Source: Amoebidium appalachense
Lineage: Eukaryota; Protista; Ichthyosporea
Direction: 5' to 3'
NCBI GenBank assembly: GCA_963693365.1
Contig: CAVNZM010000006.1
Location: 8,869,355 to 8,933,354, forward strand
DNA length: 64,000 nt
This document shows, in pieces, positions 26,849 to 61,538 of this stretch (its first letter is position 1; every line of letters starts with the position of its first letter). The notes under the pieces are model-generated. The model searched no databases. It was not told where the DNA came from and was given only the letters and a program-made list of their open reading frames with translations. Both the position numbers and the translations under genes were made by a program.

Positions 26849-27192
26849 ACACACACACACAAAGCCCCCCTTTCCTTTTATTCTTTCTTTCCCCCCCTTC
26901 CCCTCCGGCAAAGGTTTGCACGTACCAGCATGTTGACGAGGGCATAAGAGCTCAGGGTGCAGTTTGATGGGTCCCCAATGCCTCGTTTCTTTGCCCAGTG
27001 CTTAATGACAAATGCCAGCTGCAGCCACCATGAATGATGTTAGTGGTGGGTGCATGCAGGCTATGGGGTGTGGCAGGTGTCTAACAAAGTTGCAGAGCCG
27101 GTGATAAGGATTTTACTTTTCTTTTTAGATGAAAAGGGAGTGTGAGAATTTAATTGTTTGAATGTTTGTGCCTATTACACACTTCCCATTAT

Positions 27193-27226
<34 letters not shown>

Positions 27227-28480
27227 TTAAAAAAATAAAAAATAAATAAATAAATAATCAAAATGGAGGGGGCTGGAGGATTGGGGCGGGGCTGGGGGGG
27301 GGAGGGGAGGGGGAGGGGGGTCAAATGCGTCATAGAGCACGAGCATTTATAATGAGCAACATCACGCAGAGTGCAAACCACAAAAAGAATATGCATAACA
27401 AGCGGGGCCCATCCTCCGGGAATGGGGGGGGGGGGGGGGGAGGGGGAGGGGGGGGGGTTGGCATTCAGAAAGTTGGCCAAAAAGCAGGTCATAGAACAAG
27501 ATAGAACTTACCTGGACAAAGCGTTCGTCAAGCAGAGAGTATGTCTTGAGCAGGCGTGTGTTGTGGATGGCCAGGGTGTTGTTGACGCAGATGTCGCACT
27601 CGATGTTGCTGGATGCATGCCGCACCTTGGCTATGGGCACACGCGCAGTCGGGATGGTTTCCACCTGTGCCCAAACTCTACGTGTGAGTGACCGTGCGAT
27701 CTTAGATTGTGTGCAGAGGGCGCAGGGGAGACTCGCTAGGCAGTGAATAAACCTGAGAATCAAATCACGGATAAAGGCATAGCTCTCCCATCCCCCAAGC
27801 AAAAGTCTGTGGGCAAGACATATCGATTAAACGTATTGTCATCACGCTTCATCATTCTCCGCGGAAGAGCTTAAGGGTAAGAACTTTTTTGTGTGTGTGT
27901 GCGTGCGTGTGCGTGTGCGTGTGCGAGCCCGTGTGTTGGTGTGTACATGTATTCCCCGGTGCAGACACATGCAGCTGCGCGTATGTCTGTGTGCGTGGTG
28001 AAGAGGCCGGAGGAGATAGAATTTACGTCACATAACACATTCGGGCCATTTCTTTTTTCGGAACAGAGGGGTGGTGGGTGGGGGGGGGGGGGGGGGAAAG
28101 GGGGGGGGGGGGGAGGTGGGCCGGGCGGAAAGGGGAGAGCAGTTTATGCATGTTCTAGAGTGTGCAACTAGGGAGGCAAAACCGTATAAGGCCTCAAATA
28201 CAGCAACACAAAAGATGAAAACAAAACGCTCCGGCAAGATGCTTGAACAGAGCCCATTATCAGATAATCAGGGGCAGTTCCTATGCCTCTACAAAAGGAC
28301 GGGTTTCGACTCCTGAGTCCGTCACCCATGGAGAGGGGGAAGGGAAGGGGGGGGAGGGAGGGGGGGGGCGAGAGTGAGAGTGGGGGGGAGGGGGGGGGGG
28401 GGGGGAAGGAGGGAGGGAGGGAGGGAGGGAGGGAGGGAGGGAGGGGTTGAGGGATAGGGGGGTGGGGTGAGGGGGGGGGG

Positions 28481-28523
<43 letters not shown>

Positions 28524-28975
28524 AGGGGGGGGGGGGGGGGGGGGGGAGGGAGGGAGGGGGAGAGAGAGAGTGTGTGCGCCATGTTACCTTTGAGAACTTG
28601 TCCTTGTACGTGTGGCTGGTAAACAGCTCCTCCAGTGCAAGCACAATCTGCGCCTCAATCCTCTGCTTCTCCTTCTGCACATCTCTCTCACTGCCCTCTC
28701 CACCCTCCTTCTCACCTCCATCCTCCCCCTCCCCCTCCCCTTCACCCGCCCCACCATCCTTTATAGGCTCATCTTGATTTGTCTCCTCCTCCACCTCCAC
28801 CCCGTCCTGCCCGTTTTCGGTTGCATCTGTGTCTGGAACGACCCCGTCTTTCTGTTTCTGACTGCGTGATTTTCTGGGTTTCTCTTCCTTTTTGGGCACT
28901 TCCACCTCCAAACACAAGTCCATGTCTGCACTTGCAAAGCCCAGCCCACTGTGGTGGTGTAAAGGAGAGGTAGGT

Positions 28976-29019
<44 letters not shown>

Positions 29020-29415
29020 GTGTGTGTGTGCGTGCGTGCGCACATGTGTGTGTTCATCTGTGTCTGTGTGTGTGTGTGTGTGTGTTTGCCTGTCTCTAAT
29101 TTTGTATACGTGTGTGTGTGTGTGTGTAGGAGAAAGGGGGGGGGGAGGGGGGAGGGGGTGTTAGAGTATGGTACACGGAAAGGTCAGTGGATCATGGGCT
29201 AAGGGGGGAGAAGGTGGTTCAGGAGCATGGTCTGGAGAAGAGAGCCCATTGCATCTGCTTTGTTCCTCGTTGCCCTTGAAACAGATCCAAGGAGGGATAG
29301 AATGGGAAGACAGATACCAGGTTCGAAGGAGCTTGGCTTTGGAAGCATGCGGGAGCGAGTGTGTGCTTGTCTTCCCCCCCTCCCCCCCCTTTTTCCCCCT
29401 TCCCCCCCCCTCTCT

Positions 29416-29447
<32 letters not shown>

Positions 29448-29495
29448 AGCATGTGCGCGCACGTGTGCGTGTGTAGCGTGCGTGCTTGCTTTGTG

Positions 29496-29562
<67 letters not shown>

Positions 29563-29907
29563 GGGGGGGGGGGGGGGAGGGGGGGGGGGGCACGGCATAC
29601 CTCCCGGAAGAACCGAATATGTGTAGGATACACTTTGGCCACTTTGTGCGCAGTATGGCCTCGATCTCTGCCCTGACAGCCTGCTTGGTCTCCTCCTGCT
29701 CCCTGCTGGGCAGGTTGCTGGCCACAAACGACCGCACCTGAACACATGCACGTGTGAGAACTTTGCAGCAGTCGTGCCGTATTGTATGGCTGCATGATCA
29801 CCACGAAGAATGACACCTGCCACCATTTGCTATCCATGCATTCCCTTTGCCCCCCCTCCCCCCCCCCCCCCCCCCCCCCCCCCGTATTCCCTGCCACTGC
29901 CACCCCC

Positions 29908-29943
<36 letters not shown>

Positions 29944-31498
29944 ACCACCGCCGCCACCACCACAAACCCACCCACCCACCCACACATCACCCAATCATTA
30001 TACCCCCCCCCCCCCCCCCCCGGCACCTCCCATTCCTCTCCCCCCCCCCCCACACACAAACACATACACATTTTCACCAGGCCCCCACACCCACTTTCAC
30101 CATTCCTCACCACCTTCAACCATCACACAATCCATGCAACCAAAAGCCCCACCGACCACGCCCTATCCTGTATATATGCACCTCTTCACTTCATTCAAGT
30201 ACCCACCTCCTCATTTACACTCTCTTCCACATCTGGTGCCAAAGATTTCTTTGCATTATTCTTTCTTCTGCGGTGATCATTCTGGTGGGCATTGCGGAAA
30301 ATCTCGATCGTTGATCGTGCAGCAGACACCGTCTCCCGAAGCTTCTTCACCTGTTAAGTCCCACACAACAGTCAGACACATTGGAACACTCACCAACCCC
30401 CCTCTCTCTCCTCCAAAAAAAAAAAAAAAGAAAAGAAAAGAAAAAAAGAAAAAAAGAAAAAAAGAAGAAAAAATAAAGGGGGAAAAAACACAAGACACAG
30501 ACACAGACACCACCCAAACAACCCATCACCCTTTCTATCTCAACTTACTACCTTCGGCGCCAACACGAACCCGCCTGCCCAAGTCATCCATGCACCCCAC
30601 GTAAATGTCACATTATACGAACTTTCGTGTTCTATGTTCCTCCAACCCTCTTTCTCTTGGCTTCCAGACAACCCCTCCCCCTTCTCCCCCCCCCCCATTT
30701 GTCACCCACCCTTTTCACTACCACTCTTTGCCCACCCCCTACTCTCCATCCCATCCAACCAAACCGGATACACACCAGTCATAGACCAACACTGTGCACG
30801 CAGCATCACTGGAAGAACACCCCGCAGGTCGAGAAGGACCTACCCACACCATCTACGCCGTCACATAGGAGAACTTCCGGCCCCCCTGCATTCGTGCCCT
30901 AGCGTCCACACTCCTGAATTCCGCTAGACTACCTACATTGTCGATTAAATAGGCAGACTGCACGAAAAGAAAAAGGTATGGGAGGAAGGTGAAGGTGTGT
31001 GTGTGTGTGTGCTTGTGTGTGTGTGTGTGTGTGTATGATGCAACTCACCTCACGGTGGACCTGGTTCTCGTCCACAGGTGTGTCCTGGGCTGCAGCCCTC
31101 TTCTTGATCACCTCGGAGGTGTTCCCATACACACGGCTGATCGTGTCAAGGCAACTCTACAAAACACAACCAAAAGGTTAAAAATGAGTTGGCATCAACC
31201 AGGAGAAAAAACTAAAGAAACCCTTGTCTGAATTGCATGGATGATAAAGCAATGAAGGGCAGTTGGACGTAACTGCACCTCTAAACCTCACACCGGGTGG
31301 CAATAGGTCCCCAGTTGGTTTATTCTCCCCATGCATGCCGTTAACTAACTAACCGGGTGGTCACTCCCATGTTTTCCTACTAATGTTAAGTGTCTACTCC
31401 TAGAGAGAAAAAAAGTCTGTGGGATGTTATCAACCCTCCTCTAGGATGTTATCATAACCCCCTCCCCCCCCCCCCCCCCCCAGCCCCGTCTCCCGCCA

Positions 31499-31581
<83 letters not shown>

Positions 31582-32518
31582 GAAAAGAAAACAAAAAGTG
31601 AACCAACCCTCTGCCCTTTCCTTGCAACACAAAAAAACACACTAACATGCGCATACCCACACTCGCACACGCACTCATACAAACCCACACATCTCTGGGC
31701 AGAACGCCTGTTTCTCCCCGTAACCCTTTCTACAGTCACACCCCGTATGCCAGCCCCCCCTCTCCCCACCCACCACCACCCCCACCCCCCCCCCCCCTCC
31801 CCCCCCCTCCCCCCTCCTCTTCCAACCTTACAACAAGTCTCATGCCTTATTTTCCTCTCAACACAGCAGACACAGACACATAAGCCTCCTTAAAGGTTAC
31901 CGTTTTATCTTCACCCCCCCCCCCCCCCACAAAAAAAAAAAAAAAAAAAGAAGAAAAAAAAAACTCGTGGACGTGAATCATCAACAAGAAAAACATCCTG
32001 CTGCCGTCAACACAACTACAGCTCACCTGATAATGAGGTATGTACTCGGCCAGGATCATATGCTGGTCACCTGCCTGGAACACGCCCCCCCTTACTTCCA
32101 GAAACCCTCCCGCCTGTAACTTATCCAGAATCTGGCACATGGAAAGGATGGCCTCTACAAACAAATGGGCTATTCTCTCTGACGCGGGAGGCAGATTTCT
32201 CTGTGGCAACAAGCAGTTCAACACTGCGATGTTATCTCTCAGGCTCTCGCTATACGTGCTTTCATTCAACCCTCCACTCCCTACGTCCTTCAACACCTGC
32301 ACTATTCCTGAGAGCTTCTCGTAAAACGCGGTTTCCACCTTCTCCCTGCGCTCTTCCATAGTCAGCTCCACTTCCTCAACTAGTGCTTGATCGACATGGT
32401 CGGTTTGGTCTGCTTCAATGTGTGCTTCAATTACAGAAGACTCCAATGCAAGACTCGTTTCGATTTTGCTAGCCGGTGAGGTTCCTCCTCCGCCTGATTC
32501 GACGGGTTCAGGATTCAT
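18280..32518 (-). CDS. Terminal uridylyltransferase (Cid1/TUT4-TUT7 family non-canonical poly(A) polymerase fold) with four C-terminal CCHC zinc knuckles, ~900 aa
   Basis: Phase-consistent exons 32518-32027, 31156-31049, 30350-30207, 29737-29601, 28948-28588, 27664-27512, 27018-26926, 26330-26269, 25909-25795, 24534-24457, 24075-23962, 21237-21145, 20872-20750, 20404-20298 and 19868-19829, then tentatively 19470-19432, 19090-19047 and 18673-18280. Motifs: [19 protein letters not shown] (NTase), [63 protein letters not shown]. The 3' end is uncertain and may extend to 16202. Confidence 0.88.
21488..21560 (-). tRNA. trnR-ACG: tRNA-Arg(ACG), variant copy (73 nt)
   Basis: Reverse complement GGCCGCGTGGCCAAATGGATAAGGCATCTGACTACGGATCAGGAGATTGCAGGTTCGAGTCCTGCCGTGGTCG forms a cloverleaf with anticodon ACG and A/B boxes. 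Confidence 0.93.
22120..22193 (-). tRNA. trnR-ACG: tRNA-Arg(ACG)
   Basis: GGCCGCGTGGCCAAATTGGATAAGGCACCTGACTACGGATCAGGAGATTGCAGGTTCGAGTCCTGCCGCGGTCG followed by a long T-run (Pol III terminator). Confidence 0.96.
22376..22433 (-). pseudogene. 3'-truncated tRNA-Arg(ACG) pseudogene
   Basis: The 5' ~51 nt are identical to the other copies. The T-loop is degenerate (GCTGGATCTG instead of GCAGGTTCGA) and the 3' acceptor strand is missing. Confidence 0.85.
22784..22857 (-). tRNA. trnR-ACG: tRNA-Arg(ACG)
   Basis: Identical 74-nt copy with a downstream T-run. Confidence 0.96.
23073..23146 (-). tRNA. trnR-ACG: tRNA-Arg(ACG)
   Basis: Identical 74-nt copy with a downstream T-run. Confidence 0.96.
23351..23424 (-). 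tRNA. trnR-ACG: tRNA-Arg(ACG)
   Basis: Identical 74-nt copy followed by TTCACTTTT. Confidence 0.95.
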
Positions 32519-33939
32519 TTTGCCTGCAGGTGAGGGAACATTCCAGATCAGGACGACACACGAAAGAAACAAACTAGAGCAGCAGGTGTATAACCTTAGC
32601 AACAGGGGGAAGTGGGGAGAGGGCAAAGGGAGAGAGGGATATGAAGGGGAGGGAAGAGGGGTTGGAAGCAGCCTGTCAATATACATAGAAAAAAGGGAGA
32701 AATGTTGCATGCCTGTGCATCCTCATCCTGTTGCTACGTTTGCCTTAAGAATGAATGCCTTAGCCTTACAACAGGTTGACTAGTACTTCTCCAACTCCTC
32801 ACTTCCATCACCTTGTTTCAATTCGAGGGCATGTTTCTATCATTTATCCTTCCCTGCTATCCCTCCTCCCGTCCTCCTCTCCCCCTTCTCCTCCCCTCCC
32901 TCCCCTCCCTTACATCAGGTTCCAAAATACTCCCATTCTTGAGCAGCTTCTCTCCCCTCGTTCTGCCGTTCTCCCAATCTTTGTAACTTCTATTCGTCAC
33001 CGAGCGACTGCCACAACATCGAGAAATGGGTGGGTTACCTTTTTATCTCCAGACGTCTTTTACGCATGCACCATGAAGTTGATTGTAGGATTATATGGAA
33101 CCCGAGAGCTTCAGGGAACTCCGAAGTTGCTCCTTGACAAGTCTGCCTCTGACACTCAGAAAACAAAACAACTCAGGCGATTTCTTTTGTTGCAACGGGC
33201 AGACCAATCAACGACGAGTGATATCTGCAACCTATCAAACTCCGTTACCTCTAGAGCACTGCGTTCCAAATTTTCCAATATCCAAAAAAAAAAAAAAAAT
33301 AGGTTCAATGCGATATCCTGTTGAACTTCCCGGTGGGGGGGGGGGGGGGGGGGGGGGGGAGGCGGGGCAGGGGGGAGGGGGAATGGGGGAGGGGGGAGGT
33401 TGAGGGGTGGGGCCCCGAGAATGGGAGGTGAGGAGGGGAGACGGGGAGAGAGGGGGGACCGAGAATGGGAAGTGAAGGCACGGGGGCACGGGAGGGGGGG
33501 GGGGGGGGGGGGGGGGGGAGGGGGGGGAGGAAGAGGGGGAAGTAGGCTCGCCATTCAATACTTCCATGACAGACCATTCCTTGGCAGGTATGCCCGGCTA
33601 TAGCAAATAAACACTTGTGTCTGCACGTGTGACTAGTATATGCTGCAATTTTAAATGTATGTACCTTTGTGTAAACGTGTTAGTGTGCACGTGTGTGTGG
33701 CTTAGAATGTGAAATGTGTGGGCGTGTACGTATGCGGGTCGTTCCCGCGCTTGCCTGAGCACCCACATGAACGTGTATGGGTGCGTGCGTAGTGTATACA
33801 TTTGCACGAGTGTGTGTTCATGTCCGTGTACTCAGTGTGATCTGCACAAAGCGGTGGTGTGGGGGAAGAGATCTAGACAGAGAGAGGGAAATACCGAGGA
33901 GAGAGATCTAGAAGAGGTAGAGACAGAGAAAGAGAGCGG

Positions 33940-33978
<39 letters not shown>

Positions 33979-34530
33979 CGCGATACACAGAGAGCCGGAG
34001 CGAGAGAGGGGGAGCGAGAGAGAGAGAGAGAGGGGGAGAGAGGGGGGGGGGGGGGGGGGGGGGGGGGGGAGAGAGAGAGAGAGAGAGAGTGAGAGAGAGT
34101 GAGAAGAGAGAGAAAGATGCTGCTGAGACGGGGGGGAGGGGGGGCGGGGGGGGGGGTGTAGGGTTCTCTCGGATTGAGAGTGCCAGAGGGGCTGCGTGTA
34201 CGGGCCGGGATTTCGAAGGGCACAGAGATAGAAAGTGGGAAACGGAGGAGCGAGGAAGGGAGGGAGCACACATGCAAGGTATTGGGCATCTTTGTGGAAA
34301 TACACAGCGGTGTATTTATTGGTTATCGTTCTCACCGAATTTGAGATGCCAGTCTCACCTGAAGGTCTACTTGCTCCATATCATACTGTGTATCAGTTTC
34401 CAACCAGAGGTGCAAGTATCATAAGACTAGTGTCGCTTTCAACAGGACAGCTACTTGACATGGATTACATAGTCTTATAATAGTTATAAAGCCCAAAACC
34501 ACCAAAAGTACATACACTTCACGTGCAAAA

Positions 34531-35594
34531 TTACAATTTATGGTTTACAGCCATTCCACGTATTGCCTTCGTGTTGACCTCCACATAATGCAGCAGACCA
34601 TCTATCACCTCCTCCTTCTCCCCCAACTCCAACAACAGCAGGGCAGTGGCCTCGACGGAACACACCCGTCCGGGCAGTGCCTGCGTCCGCGAGAACTTCG
34701 TCTTGTTTCCCCTCTGCACCCACCAGTCCATTGAATGGGGCATGAGCTTAACGTGGGGAACATCTGCGTTGATTTGCTCGTCAATTGTGTCACGCATTCT
34801 CTTTGCTTGGCGCCAAGTCCCATCAATCACCACAATGGTGTTATAGTGTTCGACGTGTTGGGAAAATCTTCATAGTCCTTCCCGCTGGCAAGAGCCTTTC
34901 CAGATGCCACAGCTGGAGCTGTTTCTTGATCTCTTTCAAAGTTCCCATCTTGCAAGGACAGCCCGGCAAGAGAGAGCGATTCTTCCCCTATAGACTTCGA
35001 CTGTTCACTCGACCACGCCCTCCATTCTTCGACGCTGAGCGCTTTGTCACTCGGGAACAACACCATACACTGTGCGGGGTTGGAAAGGAGAGTGCGCAAA
35101 CGTTCATGATCATCTTTTTTCCCATAGAGAAGAAGCTCGGCCCGCCCAGGATGTGCCATAGGAAAAAGTTTGGACGTGTCGGCTGCGTTTCCATACTCTA
35201 AATAGTGCATGAAAATGACAATACGAACATCAAGCGTGAACGGGAGTGGGGTGAGGCGGGCACATATACACCGAGTTGGGCCGTGCCAACAACGTTGACA
35301 TCGATCGCGTCTGTAGTAGTCTTTCCGTTGGATTATCTCGGAGGAAACAAGGAAAAACTTTTCTAGCTTGTCGATATCTAGGCTGTATATTTCCTCACGT
35401 TGACGAATGGGTGGGAAAACCGAAGGGCTTTCTTTTGGATCAGCAGCTGGGTGTGCGTCGGGGTGTATGTCTTTATGCTCAGACATGGTGGATACTTGGC
35501 GCGAAAGGGTGGTAACTTTTAACAGGAGGGGGAAGCGACATGTGCGTGTAAGGAATAATGTATTACACAGTGCTTTTGGTATGAAACCAGACAT
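34531..35594 (-). CDS. DTWD2: DTW-domain tRNA-uridine aminocarboxypropyltransferase (DTWD2/TapT-like), split by an apparent frameshift near 34840
   Basis: The N-terminal ORF has RCQRCWHGPTRCIC, IFMHYLEYGNAADTSKL and MVLFPS. The overlapping downstream frame has IVVIDGTWRQAKRM, SRTQ and CSVEATALLL. No convincing intron at the junction. Confidence 0.8.
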
Positions 35595-36177
35595 GTTCCA
35601 TTACACTTGAGTGTGTGTGCTGTGTGTGCCCACGTGTACGACTCTCGTGGCGCCCGCTGCACACGACACGGTGAGTCGTGACGAAAGCAAGGCCTCCTAA
35701 ATACCACACCTTAATAGGCCTTGGACGAAAGGCACAGGGATCAAGACCGGGGTCTAAATCCTACATTTGAAATACATTTGCAATCGCAAAACAATAATCG
35801 AAACTTCTAGATCGCGATTGTCCGGGAACAACCTTCAGTTGTGTCACTGCGATCATGATTGAAAGGAGCTGCAGCCCGAGCCTCACTCATGAAGTGTAGT
35901 CCGAGGGAGAGAGACTGTGACAAAACACGTATCTTGACAGGCTAAAATTCGGGGCAGAACAAACCACAAAGCTAGAGTCGAACCCTAGGACGGCGGCTGT
36001 TGACTAAGTTGGTACGTACCACATCATTAGTGTGACCAAAATTACTTGGGAGCACCTGGTCCAAGTACGTCCTTTGAACAACTTAAAAAGTCGCAACCTG
36101 GAATAGCGAAAGGGACAAGAAAGGAAAAGTATTATTATAGTAGTACAGGGGCATAAGCTTCGTCTATCGTTGCCAAC

Positions 36178-43203
<7,026 letters not shown>

Positions 43204-44346
43204 GTGGCTGCATTACTGCATTGAAAGTATTCGTAATTCCTGGGCATTTGTTTCGACCGTAGATATATTTCTCGTAGATATTATAATCTCGATTTTTCCT
43301 GGTGGTATCAAGTGATTACCAACTGCGTGCATATGATTTGATGATTCCGAAAGGTAGCCACTGTGTGGTAGTTTTTACGTCTGAACACACCAACACTTTA
43401 GTACGTGTTGCGACAAACGATAGGCCCCACAGAAAAACGATTTCTTGCACTGTGATATACTTAGACAGATGAGAAAGTGACCGGGAATGATTGCGAGTGG
43501 CTCACATACAGAGAACTGTGTGCATGCACATTCGTATTTTAGCGCACAATGTCACGAACAAGTAATAAATATGCACTAGCTCACCAGCTAAGTGCACACA
43601 CCAAGTACCCACCTGTTCCATGTAAATATGTTTTTTTAAAAGTTTGTCGCATATTCGATGAAAGTCGCACCTGCACTTAGCCATGCAACCCACCCAGTGC
43701 TGCGTACTCACTGCGACCCCAATTCATGTGCGCATGTACCCATATTATCATAGTATATTTCCATTGCCGTGTGTACGTGTAGGGAACGGATATAGTGCAC
43801 ACGATCATTGGCCGCTGCGAGGGGCTAGTACATTGTCACTGGCCACAGTGTCATAGTGACTGCTGTTATAATAAGCAAGCATATCGGTGCATAAGTGGAT
43901 ACAGAGGGTATGCGGACTATGCATGCTTATATAACCACCACCGCAATGATTAGGCACCGGAGTGTTGATCGCGATAAATTACGTATACATGTAGAGCCAC
44001 ATGCATATAACTGATGCACCTGAGCGACCGTGCATGCAGGTGGTTACCGGCCCGGGGTGGCCTGCATGCAGTTCCTTCCTCGTACAAATGTATTCACGCA
44101 CATGTATACGGGCATGTACATGTGGGCCTGTGTTGTAACAATGGTTTTGCGGTGTGCATGTGCGCTGATGACAGCCACTGCGTACGTACGTGTGTACGAA
44201 AGGTGTGTACTTGTTAGCCTACTACACCGTGAAGTGCCCTGTACATGCTATGTTTGGTCCCAGGTTCTTCTGAGAGAAGGTGATCCTAACCGGTTAAAGT
44301 CCGTGTGCGCCGACGTACGCGCGCCTGCCGGGTGGGTTATGCCGTC

Positions 44347-44392
<46 letters not shown>

Positions 44393-44473
44393 TGTGTGTG
44401 TTGTGGTGTCTGTGTGTGTGCGCGCGGATGTGTGTGTGTGCATGTGTGCACTGGTGTTCCTGTTTTTATATTG

Positions 44474-44509
<36 letters not shown>

Positions 44510-44515
44510 TGCTGT

Positions 44516-44633
<118 letters not shown>

Positions 44634-45415
44634 ATGTGTGTGTGCATGTGTGTGTCGGTGTTTCTTTGTTTGTTGTGCATGACATGTGGGTGTTTATAAA
44701 TTACATGTTTGGGGTTGGAGATGTAGGATTTGAGGGAGGGTGGCCGGGGAGCGGGACAGAGAAGGGCACACACTGGCACACGCACGGTAGAGATAGTTCC
44801 CAATGTATTAAGTAGTCATGCATAGGTGTCCTGGTTTACACAGTCTAGAATCTGGGGATTTGAGTGGGAGTACATTAACTGCTGTCGATTTTAAAAATTG
44901 CACTAGCAGTCTAGCACTCGGACTGATAGGTAGTCGACTAAAGGTACATGTTGGCCCGTCGTAGCGGCCATTTCATTAATAAGATATTACATCGCACATC
45001 ATAATATTACTCGGACTGTCAAAACTCAATCGAACATATGGAATTATAATAGCCCTTCTCACCCTCACCCTCTCAAAAGATAAAAAATAAAAAAAATAAA
45101 AAACCCAAGGGCAGGTAAAAGCCCGGTACTTTAAAAGGTCAACATGAGCAAGTCAATAGTGTGGGTAACATATTGGCATCTATGCATCAAATCGAATACA
45201 GATCACAAGGAGCCAGTAAAGGAGCAGGCGGGTGCCTCTCCGCATGCCTCCTTATAATAAATCAGACCTATCCCCCCCCCCCCCCCCCCCCCCCCCCCTC
45301 TCCCCTCGTCACAACCACACAACACACGCGATCTGGGTTCACACCCACGCATCCACACACACACACACACACACACAAAAGCAACCATAAAAGGTTTCCA
45401 GGAACACCAACCTCC

Positions 45416-59072
<13,657 letters not shown>

Positions 59073-59736
59073 CTGCAAACAGCAAGCAGACCGTTAGGAC
59101 AGGACGCTAACAGCGTGGCACCCCAAAAGCTACCCTTCAAGAACAACGGTCTTGGCAGGTAAGCACCAAAACGAACATTTTCTCGCTGGTGAAGCAGGGT
59201 CAAAACACTCTCAAAAAAAGAATTAATGACGTATATATCAAAAAGATGGTCAGCCGTGATGTAGCTAATTAGGCCCTCAAGGTTTTCACAGAACCACAAG
59301 TACATCCATTTGCTGGTCCGCTCCAAGCAAAGAGCTTCCCTCCCCCTTTCAGTAATCAAAGATATCTCCGCTCGGCAAGGGTCTACTCCAGCCAATTCGT
59401 GTACACAGTACCTTATCCGTAATGTATGCAGCGCCCCTTTTCTCAGACTACATACAAGCCAACTTGCTCGGGTATATCAGACTCGGCGCTGGCTGTGACC
59501 AGTGTTTTTGAGCTGCCTCCTGCATGTGGGTGCAAATGTTTTGGCGCCAAAATTGTAGTATCCAGCGTTTCCATTGGCTACGAGCCAGTGTTTATTTTGC
59601 TGCCACACACTGTGCTGATTGGCTTCCTCGGACATATCTCACATCTAGCTATGACGACAAATGCGAAAATATCAACGTGATCGCCAAATTTATATCATTG
59701 CCCAAGGGACAGCTTCTGGCAAATGTTCGGCCTGGA

Positions 59737-60200
<464 letters not shown>

Positions 60201-60258
60201 AACGCTCGGAAGTAAACTACACGACGAGAAACACTGTGCAGGCCATGCATGCTATGCG

Positions 60259-60455
60259 CAGTTACATGCAAAAGCAAACATGTAGTGAATTAATATTAAT
60301 TAGCTATAGTATGCAGGATAATTATAATAAGCAGTACATGCAAAAGCAAACATTAATATTACGGTATGCAGGATACTAATATTAATAATACGCAGTACAT
60401 GCGAAAGCAAACATTAACATTAGTATGCAAGATAGTTATGATAAGCAGTACATGC
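60259..60455. repeat. ~60-bp tandem repeat (3-4 copies) GCAGTACATGCAAAAGCAAACATTAATATT..GTATGCAGGATA
   Basis: The motif recurs near 60260, 60331, 60392 and 60446. Confidence 0.75.
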
Positions 60456-60703
60456 AGCCGGAATATGCCAATGGCTTGAACAGCATACAAAAGCAGAGCC
60501 CGGCATGATGATCAGGAGAACTCGAAGTCCCGAACTGTTCACCGGCCACGGGATATCGATGTGTGGGTGTTTGGTCCCCCTTTTCCGTCTCCCTCCCTTT
60601 CCTCCCCTCCCCCCTTCACGCGGCATGCACCCCCACCCCCACCCCCCTCGAGCTCTCATTGTGTGTGTGACGGTTTGTGTGTGTGTGTGTGTGTGTGTGT
60701 GGT

Positions 60704-60744
<41 letters not shown>

Positions 60745-60995
60745 CCAAGGAAAAAAGAGAGGCAATCTCACTCAATCTGGAGAACCATGAAACACACTGG
60801 TGTAGCCTGCTGGCCCATTATTGTATTGACATGTGTAGCCCGGGGGCAACTCGGGGCCGAAACATACATGTACATCGGGTATATATAGACCCACCTGACC
60901 CTTGCAGAACAAACCTGTTGATTCCATATTGCCAAGTCAACAAGGCAGACAGTGCACTACCAACTCGAACTTCACGGTCCCTTCCCCCCCCCCCC

Positions 60996-61027
<32 letters not shown>

Positions 61028-61538
61028 GTCGTGACACAAAAAAAAACAAAAAAAAAACAACAAAAAACCACAGGCATTGTCTGCCTGTTGCATAAGAACA
61101 TTCACCATGATCCATTTTACCCACAACATCCCATTGTGACGGCAGGAATATACGTGATCATATCCGACCTCACTGTTCTCGGCACTCTGTAGTACACCAC
61201 AACAACTTGTTCTTAAGTACGGATTTAAAAAGACACCGTGCGGCACACAAACACGCACAAAAAGCCGGACATGCGCTCATTTCAACTCGCTCTCAACGAC
61301 AAGCTTAAGAACATGTTGCACAGACACAACGAACGTAAATACGAAGATACACAACTTCCGAGCCCTACAAGTGTATTCCCACCATTCAACTAGCATTTCC
61401 GTGTCTTTTCTCAGCTCTCTCTTTACGCGCTCGTTTTGCTTCGTCGAGTGGCTTCTTCGACGCCACCACCTATTCTTCCCCTTCCGTGTCACTCTCCGTT
61501 TCATTCTCAACCACAGACTTGCGCCTGACTCGCCTCTG

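Noticed and set aside
28290-28330. Hammerhead ribozyme suggested by TGACGG-stem-CGAAAC
   Set aside because: The CUGANGA core, stem I and cleavage triplet cannot be assembled in the right order.
30550-30930. Possible extra TUTase exons
   Set aside because: Exons 31049 and 30350 join in phase without them, and the candidate frames have stops or no family similarity.
32776-33324. 182-aa plus-strand ORF
   Set aside because: Non-ATG start, no recognisable motifs, and it lies in the probable promoter/5'UTR of the TUTase.
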